64,000 nt of DNA from contig JAJFHA010000020.1 in assembly GCA_021775875.1 (NCBI GenBank), positions 25,544 to 89,543 on the forward strand. The letters run 5' to 3'. Of the stretch, positions 58,086 through 64,000 are shown piece by piece (the first letter of the stretch is position 1; the number at the start of each line of letters is the position of its first letter). The notes beneath the pieces were generated by a model. It had not been told where the DNA came from. It searched no databases and worked only from the letters and a program-made list of their open reading frames with translations. This DNA is from Hyphomicrobiales bacterium (GTDB lineage: Bacteria > Pseudomonadota > Alphaproteobacteria > Rhizobiales > NORP267). Made by a program: the position numbers and the translations under genes.

Positions 58086-58484
58086 TTAGGCGTTGTTGCC
58101 CGGTCCTTCCCAACCTGGCTGCAGATCGCTCTGGCTCAGGGTGTTTTGGCTGGAAGGCGCAGGTATTGCGGCATTTGACGCAGACGCAGGACTGGTTGCC
58201 GGTGCAGTGGCACCTTCTTCAGCTACATAATCCATCAGCAACTGGGCACCATAACGGGCCTTGTTGGTGAAAGTTTCTGCTGCGGCGCGGCCAGCAAGAC
58301 ATACTTCAGGTGAGCGTTCACATATAGAAGACACATCGGTGAGCGTCGCTCTTGCGGCTTGGAAAACTTCACTCGCGCTGATTTGGTTGCTGGATTGCTG
58401 CCCATCGGCGCCATCAATGGCCCGCTCAGCAGGAAGAAGAAGAATAACTACAGAAAGCCAGAAGGCTGTGCGAATAAGAAACAT
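58086..58484 (-). CDS. small membrane-anchored protein (DUF5330-like)
   Basis: 132 aa from ATG 58484. The N-terminus MFLIRTAFWLSVVILLLP resembles DUF5330 proteins as I recall them. Confidence 0.55.
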   Translation of the reverse strand: MFLIRTAFWLSVVILLLPAERAIDGADGQQSSNQISASEVFQAARATLTDVSSICERSPEVCLAGRAAAETFTNKARYGAQLLMDYVAEEGATAPATSPASASNAAIPAPSSQNTLSQSDLQPGWEGPGNNA

Positions 58485-58643
58485 TGTTTTTGCCCTTTCA
58501 AGTTTCGATTTCGCTGTTATAGCAATCAATATTTTATATTTGAAGAAATATTGGAAGTATATTTAAATATAATCTTATTTAAACTTGAATAAAATTTTAT
58601 ATACTATTGTTTTAATCAAAATAGATACAAATTAGAGGCAGTA

Positions 58644-58685
58644 TTGATTCAAGTTTTAGCTAATTGAAAAACAAATTTGAATCAA
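58644..58685. repeat. 13-nt imperfect inverted repeat in AT-rich intergenic region
   Basis: ttgattcaagttt (58644-58656) and aaatttgaatcaa (58673-58685) are complementary at 12 of 13 positions, with a 16-nt spacer. Confidence 0.7.
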
Positions 58686-58896
58686 ATTGTAATTATTAAA
58701 AATCACGTAATTTCAAATAGTTAGCCGGAAAGAAAATTGAAACAAGCGGTTCAAGCTACTGCAAAATGACTGGTTTGGAGTTGCAAAAGCTAGCGTATTT
58801 GCGCGAAAACCCGAAATTATCCGATTTCCAGGCAGAGTTTTGTTAGCCATCCATTTACCAACAAATCCATTCAGTCTGCAAAAAAAAATCCAAGAT

Positions 58897-58922
58897 AAAA
58901 AAACCGCGGAATTCAGCGGTTT
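58897..58922 (-). terminator. orphan terminator-like hairpin
   Basis: aaaccgc-ggaattca-gcggttt forms a 7-bp stem. On the minus strand it is followed by T-rich tracts (TTTTATCTTGGATTTTTTTT). No annotated minus-strand gene lies upstream of it. Confidence 0.4.
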
Positions 58923-59073
58923 ATTGAAATACAGCAAATCCGCCGTTTCATGCTTCATTAAAGAGGGAATGGGACCATAGGGCCATAACAAATTGAAGAA
59001 GCGCGTGTAAGTGCTGGAGTGTGGTGTGAGTTTGCGTAACAATTTTCCCGGTCTTGAAAGCTGGTTTGAAGCT

Positions 59074-60813
59074 ATGGTCCATCCGTCGGTCGTTGGTAAC
59101 CCGGTGGCTGTGGCTAAAAACAGATCATTTATATCTTCTCATATTCTTGGCGGCCTGATCGCGCTTTGCGTCATTCCTGTCTATCTGGCGGTCTATGGAG
59201 CCCCTGATCTGGTTGAAGCGCTGGCGTTCGCCTGGTTTGTATCCCCTGTTGCCATTGCCTTATTTCTCTCCCGGACAGGGCGTTTTGAAGTAGCGCATGC
59301 CATTTCGACCCTGAATCTGGTTGGACTTGTCAGTTTCGCTGCTATTATGACCGGCGGACTGGGGTCATTTCTAATTGCCTGGATGCTGGTTGTGCCGTTT
59401 GAAGCGGCATTGTCGGCGTCAAAACGGGTTATCGGATCTGCAATACTTTTTGCGATGCTCGCGCTAATGGGCCTTTGGGGCGTGGAATTTCTCGGATTAC
59501 TGCCATCGCCGCGCAATCTCGGCTTTAACAATGACCTGTTGATTTTGTTTGGGGTAGGATCCGCAATCGCCTATGCCGGTGGTGTGGCCTTGTCTGTATA
59601 TAATATACATAAAGAGACTGAGCAGGTTGTGCTGGCGTCAGAGCGCCGCTATCGCCTGATGTCTGAAAATGCATCTGACTTGGTCACCCGGCACCGTCCG
59701 AACGGCCATGTATTATATGCCTCGCTTGGCGCGGAGCGGGTTGTTGGAACATCCGCAGACAAATTGATGGCTGATGGCTTGTTCGACCGCATCCTGGTTT
59801 CTGACCGCCCGGCATTCCTGACAGCGATCGCAAAAGCCGCACGAGGCGGGGAAGAGACCACGGTCGAATTTCGTCTCAACCGGCAAATTGGCGACAGGGG
59901 GCTGGAGCCGGGCGAGTTTTTCTGGGCCGAAATGAGATGCCGGAAACTGGATGACGCGGCGCATAATGATGAAATAGTCGCGATCACAAGAGATATTTCT
60001 GAGCGCAAGGCTCAGGAGCAGACATTGCTTTTGGCCCGTGAAGAAGCTGAAAAAGCAAGCCAGGCCAAAACCCACTTTTTGGCCAATATGAGTCACGAAT
60101 TGCGGACCCCGCTCAATGCAATCATTGGGTTCTCTGAACTGCTATCAAGTTCTAATAGCGGTCCGGCACAAATTGTGCGCGACCAGGAATATGCCAACCT
60201 GATCAATGAAAGCGGTCTGCATCTGCTTGATCTTGTGAATGGCATACTGGATATGTCGCGGATTGAAACCGGAAGTTTTGAAATCATCACTGAGCATTTT
60301 GATGTCCGGCCGGTCGTTGATATCTGTTGTCAGATTGTCAGACCGCAATTACTCAATCGCAATATGGAAATTGTACAGGACATGGGGAATGACCTGTCTG
60401 AAATTGTTGCAGATGAACGAGCTGTCAAACAGATCCTTTTGAATCTCCTGTCCAATGCTATCAAATTCTCTGAACAAGGCAGCCGGATTTATGTTGGTAC
60501 TTCAATCGTGGCGGATTCTCTGGTGCTCTCCGTCAGGGATACAGGAATAGGTATCTCTAAAGAAAATTTGCCACGCCTGGGAAGTCCGTTTTTTCAAATA
60601 GACGCGTCCTATAACCGTAACCATGAAGGCACCGGGCTCGGCCTGTCAGTGGTGAAAGGCCTGGTAGATCTTCATAAGGGCGGCATGGAGATTGAGAGTG
60701 AATTGAATGTTGGAACGACAGTAACGGTACGGCTTCCGGTTGGCGGTATAGAAGAATTTTCTCAATCTTCAGATTCTGGTGAGACCCGTGCTGTATTTCT
60801 GAAATCAGCATGA
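59074..60813 (+). CDS. membrane-bound PAS-domain sensor histidine kinase
   Basis: Has about 5 N-terminal transmembrane helices, a PAS region, H-box MSHELRTPLNAIIGFSELL, an N-box, and G2 GTGLGLSVVKGLV, with no receiver domain. The start is either ATG 59074 or GTG 59011. Confidence 0.85.
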   Translation: MVHPSVVGNPVAVAKNRSFISSHILGGLIALCVIPVYLAVYGAPDLVEALAFAWFVSPVAIALFLSRTGRFEVAHAISTLNLVGLVSFAAIMTGGLGSFLIAWMLVVPFEAALSASKRVIGSAILFAMLALMGLWGVEFLGLLPSPRNLGFNNDLLILFGVGSAIAYAGGVALSVYNIHKETEQVVLASERRYRLMSENASDLVTRHRPNGHVLYASLGAERVVGTSADKLMADGLFDRILVSDRPAFLTAIAKAARGGEETTVEFRLNRQIGDRGLEPGEFFWAEMRCRKLDDAAHNDEIVAITRDISERKAQEQTLLLAREEAEKASQAKTHFLANMSHELRTPLNAIIGFSELLSSSNSGPAQIVRDQEYANLINESGLHLLDLVNGILDMSRIETGSFEIITEHFDVRPVVDICCQIVRPQLLNRNMEIVQDMGNDLSEIVADERAVKQILLNLLSNAIKFSEQGSRIYVGTSIVADSLVLSVRDTGIGISKENLPRLGSPFFQIDASYNRNHEGTGLGLSVVKGLVDLHKGGMEIESELNVGTTVTVRLPVGGIEEFSQSSDSGETRAVFLKSA

Positions 60814-60834
60814 CAGGAAATTTTGGTTCAAATT

Positions 60835-61515
60835 ATGAATAATATACCGCTGACATCAAAACTTCGCACCCGCCATATGGCGATTGCCGCTGGAATGTCC
60901 GGAATAGCGTTTGTTTGGGCAAATGCCTTGTTATGGCAGCCTGGACCTCATCCGGCACCTCTGTTTGGTGGGTCCGCATTGGTCCAGTCAGAACAAATCA
61001 GACCGGTCCATGTCCAGGACCTTGAATTTCTGGCTGTAAGGGAATTCGATATACCGCTTTCCGGTCTGTCGAGGGAAGCACGTGCGCAATTGGTCGGCGA
61101 TTTGCAGAGTGCTTTGAAAAGCCTCGGCTATTATACAGGTACCGTAGACGGCATTGAGGGTCCAATGACACGTAACGCTGTATTAGCGTATGAAGCGGCA
61201 TTCGGCTTGCCGACAACCGGGACAATTACCTACACTATTTATCGGAAAATCCGTGAAACTGCGCATCAGGCGTCCAACGGAAGAGCGTCGGCCAGATTGG
61301 CGAGTGATCAACAACAGGTCTTGTCAGTGCAGCGGGTTCTGTCTGATCTTGGTTATGGACCTGGCCCGGTAAATGGTGAATTTACGGGATCTACAGAAGA
61401 CGCCATCAGACGTTTTGAAACCCACAGGGGTTTGCCGCCGACGGGCCTGATTTCCGAAATTATAGTTCGGGAATTGTCTTCTGTTTCCGGTGTTCAGATT
61501 GACCCGAAATCCTAA
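60835..61515 (+). CDS. protein with two peptidoglycan-binding (PG_binding_1) domains
   Basis: Carries LGYYTGTVDGIEGPMTRNAVLAYE and LGYGPGPVNGEFTGSTEDAIRRFE, plus an N-terminal membrane anchor. Confidence 0.8.
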   Translation: MNNIPLTSKLRTRHMAIAAGMSGIAFVWANALLWQPGPHPAPLFGGSALVQSEQIRPVHVQDLEFLAVREFDIPLSGLSREARAQLVGDLQSALKSLGYYTGTVDGIEGPMTRNAVLAYEAAFGLPTTGTITYTIYRKIRETAHQASNGRASARLASDQQQVLSVQRVLSDLGYGPGPVNGEFTGSTEDAIRRFETHRGLPPTGLISEIIVRELSSVSGVQIDPKS

Positions 61516-61598
61516 TTTCAGACCAAGACGGATTTCTATTGGGCCGCAAGTCGATTTCGCAATATCTTTCTCAGTAAACTGGAACAGGTTACCGGACA

Positions 61599-61949
61599 AT
61601 GCGGCTTAAATCTTCCATTTGGGTATCAGCTTACATTCGCCGCTGCGGAATAGACCATATCCCTGTGATGGTGATGCGTCGGGGTGCAGAAGCGGCTGGA
61701 GCCATTTTCATAAAAATAAATAAGCTCGATGGATCAGTCATTTTGTTTGGGCCGGCTCCACAAACATCTTTCGAAGAAGAGGGAACGGGACGATTTTGGA
61801 TGGCGCTCAAGGGTGGAAAATCATTGCCTGAATCAGACGTGGACAAGCTGCTGGAGCGCGAAATAAATTTCGACCCCGATATCTGGATTCTCGAAGTTGA
61901 AGATCGGCAGGGGCGCGATTTTCTGCATGATGAACGTATCGAGGGATAA
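61599..61949 (+). CDS. DUF1491 family protein
   Basis: 116 aa. MRLKSSIWVSAYIRRC...GAEAAGAIFIKIN matches the DUF1491 pattern I recall in alphaproteobacteria. Confidence 0.75.
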   Translation: MRLKSSIWVSAYIRRCGIDHIPVMVMRRGAEAAGAIFIKINKLDGSVILFGPAPQTSFEEEGTGRFWMALKGGKSLPESDVDKLLEREINFDPDIWILEVEDRQGRDFLHDERIEG

Positions 61950-62004
61950 TTGAACCGGACTCAAAACCCGGTTTCAAAATTTAACCAGAAAAATCCATAT
62001 AGAA

Positions 62005-63297
62005 TTACGCGCCACGTCGGCCAAATGAGGTTTGCCTTCGCCCTTGTTCGGCAGCAGTAGAAATGGTCACCATTTCTTTCGCAACTTTTTGTTCAAATTG
62101 CTGTCGTTGGTTAGAAACAGACCGTCCGGTCAGTTGATCATGAATAGCTGGTTTCAGTTGAGTATTTTCAACAGCATTCTTGGCTCTCATCTCATTGTTC
62201 CAGATTTCCAGGAAATACCAGCTGGAGCCGGAGGTGATCCGGTCATACAACTCGTTGAGAGCGAATACGCGCTTGATGGATTCTGATACTGTAGGATTGT
62301 AGAGCAACAAAAGGGTCGTGAAGGTTTCACTTGAAAAGCCCATTGCTTTGCAGGCAACGGCGAATGGTTCGCCTTCAGGGTCTGCCATGATGCGCTCGAT
62401 GAGGACATTTGAGACACTGAGAAGTTGGGACATGATTCGCTGAAAGTCTTTAATTTTGCGAGAGATCAGAAGAGAGGCAAGGCCTTCCTGAGCCGACAGT
62501 TGTTCAATTTCGCTGCTGATCCTGATTGGTGCATGGGCCAACCTTGCGCCAGATCCTGCCGCGGGGGATACCAGGTCCATGATTTTCTCACGCATCGCCG
62601 GGCTGGCTGTCCAGAACAATCCAGAGAGAACATCGGCGTTCAAGTCTTCGCGAGTTGTCAGCGCTTCTGCCAATCCTGCATTATTTAAGCTTCTCGCAGC
62701 AATCCGGGAAAGCGTCGCTTCATTGAGTATTGCGCCTGAATTTCTGGCGATGGCTTCAAATACGGCATCTTCTCCAGAAATTATGAGAGCGGAAACGAGA
62801 CTGCTCTCCAGTCGGGGCCTGCCAGCAATCGCTATTCTGTGGTCAATGGTTTCCGTTTGGGCAATGTCCACCAAGTCCTCATTACTTAGCGCAGGTGAGT
62901 GAGCTAAAATTGTGTGGGCAGCAGAAATATCGTCTTTTGCAAGTGAGAGAACTACCTTTTTGGGTGCGTATCGAACAGTGGCCAGCCGCTCAGCAACTTC
63001 AGAACGCATTACCAGTCCGGCTTCACCAACAAGGCCAGCCAACACTTCACCATGAAGCGTTCGCTCTTTCTCGGTCATGTTGCCTTCGTCGAAGACAAAC
63101 AAATCCGTCATAACACGAATTACGGTCTGGCGACGTTCAGCATTTGCGACCGGCATGGCACTGATTGGCTTTGTGATCGGGTTGCCTAAATTTTCTTTCA
63201 GGTCAGGTTGCATGTCTTGAACTTTCGTGACGCGACTCAGTTGCAATGGCTGTTGTTTAAAATTTAGACCTGAAACCGTTAGCGCTTTCTTAACCAA
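62005..63297 (-). CDS. hypothetical protein (DUF2336-like helical repeat protein)
   Basis: Up to 430 aa and helical-repeat rich. The family call is tentative and the start is uncertain (63297 or the internal ATG at 63213). Confidence 0.5.
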   Translation of the reverse strand: MVKKALTVSGLNFKQQPLQLSRVTKVQDMQPDLKENLGNPITKPISAMPVANAERRQTVIRVMTDLFVFDEGNMTEKERTLHGEVLAGLVGEAGLVMRSEVAERLATVRYAPKKVVLSLAKDDISAAHTILAHSPALSNEDLVDIAQTETIDHRIAIAGRPRLESSLVSALIISGEDAVFEAIARNSGAILNEATLSRIAARSLNNAGLAEALTTREDLNADVLSGLFWTASPAMREKIMDLVSPAAGSGARLAHAPIRISSEIEQLSAQEGLASLLISRKIKDFQRIMSQLLSVSNVLIERIMADPEGEPFAVACKAMGFSSETFTTLLLLYNPTVSESIKRVFALNELYDRITSGSSWYFLEIWNNEMRAKNAVENTQLKPAIHDQLTGRSVSNQRQQFEQKVAKEMVTISTAAEQGRRQTSFGRRGA

Positions 63298-63383
63298 GAC
63301 ACCGGCTTAATCATTTTTATTCATGGGTCTGCATTCGCATGAAGGCCTGATCACAGACGGCCGTCCGACACCAGGAGCGGAAG

Positions 63384-63581
63384 ATGGCAAAAATTTTGAA
63401 GTTTGAACCAAGCGCACATCAACAAGACCGACAGCGCGATGACACGGCAGGGTCAGCGGAAATAGTGATATTCCCGGGCGTGCGTGTCGAACGGTGCGAA
63501 TTTAAATTGTCTGACCGTCTGGATGCACCAGAAAATGCCACCAAGGACAGACGCCGTCGTTCCAAGCTAACCCGCAAGTGA
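63384..63581 (+). CDS. small hypothetical protein
   Basis: 65 aa and charged. Its stop overlaps a GTG that opens the next frame (GTGA). Confidence 0.4.
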   Translation: MAKILKFEPSAHQQDRQRDDTAGSAEIVIFPGVRVERCEFKLSDRLDAPENATKDRRRRSKLTRK

Positions 63582-64000
63582 AGCGAATTTTGATACCGGG
63601 CGTTTCCATAAATCTGTTCTGCCGTGTCGTAGGAGGCCCGGGAGTGCTTGCATTTTTTATGGCAGCTTGCACTCAGGTTGGTGATTTTGATCGACCAACC
63701 ATGTCTATCCGGGATACCGGGTCTCGTGGTTGGGTTGGTGTTCAAGCGGCATTTTATCGTGAGGAACCAGTTTCCAATTATTCCCTCACCTACAAAGAAG
63801 AGCAAATGCGCTCTTTTGGGTACCGTCTAATCCAACCTCTTGGCCATACACGTAATAATCGTGACCTGATCACCGAATATCGCTATACCCGGATTATACC
63901 GGCTCGGCGGCCCTTGAGCGAAGGGAATCTCTATTACGAAGCCTTGCGCCACGATCATCAGCGCTATGAGTTGGCGCTATGGAATAAATTGATCCGCGAT
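63578..64000 (+). CDS. putative lipoprotein, 3'-partial (runs off window)
   Basis: This frame is not in the supplied ORF track. It is open from GTG 63578 to base 64000 and translates as MKRILIPGVSINLFCRVVGGPGVLAFFMAACTQ... (basic N-terminus, hydrophobic core, lipobox MAAC). An alternative start is ATG 63650. Confidence 0.45.
   Translation, partial: MKRILIPGVSINLFCRVVGGPGVLAFFMAACTQVGDFDRPTMSIRDTGSRGWVGVQAAFYREEPVSNYSLTYKEEQMRSFGYRLIQPLGHTRNNRDLITEYRYTRIIPARRPLSEGNLYYEALRHDHQRYELALWNKLIRD

Noticed and set aside
58713-59042. The 109-aa minus-strand ORF in the AT-rich spacer.
   Set aside because: It reads through a terminator-like hairpin and homopolymer runs. Its composition is atypical (Phe/Asn/Leu-rich, driven by AT richness) and it has no RBS.
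1-64000. A search for rRNA genes, CRISPR arrays, integrases, transposases and prophage structural genes.
   Set aside because: I recognised none of these in any of the six frames or in the non-coding spacers of this window.

Overview
This is a 64-kb chromosomal window with moderate G+C and dense coding on both strands. The gene content (MucR/Ros regulator, DUF1491, DUF2336-like and SufE genes) suggests an alphaproteobacterium; that placement is inference only. Most of the window is housekeeping or catabolic: aroC, fabI, pdxH, several aminotransferases, an amidase, an acyl-CoA ligase, methylmalonyl-CoA mutase with meaB, gcdH, oligopeptidase B and msrB. There are two tRNAs, Pro-CGG and Gln-UUG.

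Parts that stand out:
- (1) An AT-rich two-gene islet at about 40.6-42.5 kb encodes a DUF262/ParB-Srx-like protein tightly coupled to a small Rx4H HEPN protein. It sits next to a decayed MerR-family gene. This is my best candidate for an uncharacterised defence or abortive-infection module.
- (2) A complete corrinoid-dependent quaternary-amine demethylation module lies at 14.7-21.0 kb: a non-Pyl MttB-family methyltransferase, a corrinoid protein, DUF1638, a methyl-THF methyltransferase and a RACE-type activator. It is bracketed by the two tRNA genes and adjoins a solitary ectC-like gene.
- (3) A 10-gene Mrp-type cation/proton antiporter cluster (47.0-54.5 kb) has E-F-G-first gene order and three NuoL/M/N-like subunits.
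- (4) A modular palindromic intergenic repeat family occurs at three loci.
- (5) Four tandem ~21-bp repeats lie upstream of mucR.
- (6) A pair of a DnaA-domain-IV-only protein and a larger coupled protein resembles split GafA-type (GafY/GafZ) gene-transfer-agent activators.
- (7) A very AT-rich intergenic region carries an inverted repeat and an orphan terminator-like hairpin.

I saw no rRNA, CRISPR array, integrase or transposase. All family assignments come from motif recognition by eye, with no database search.
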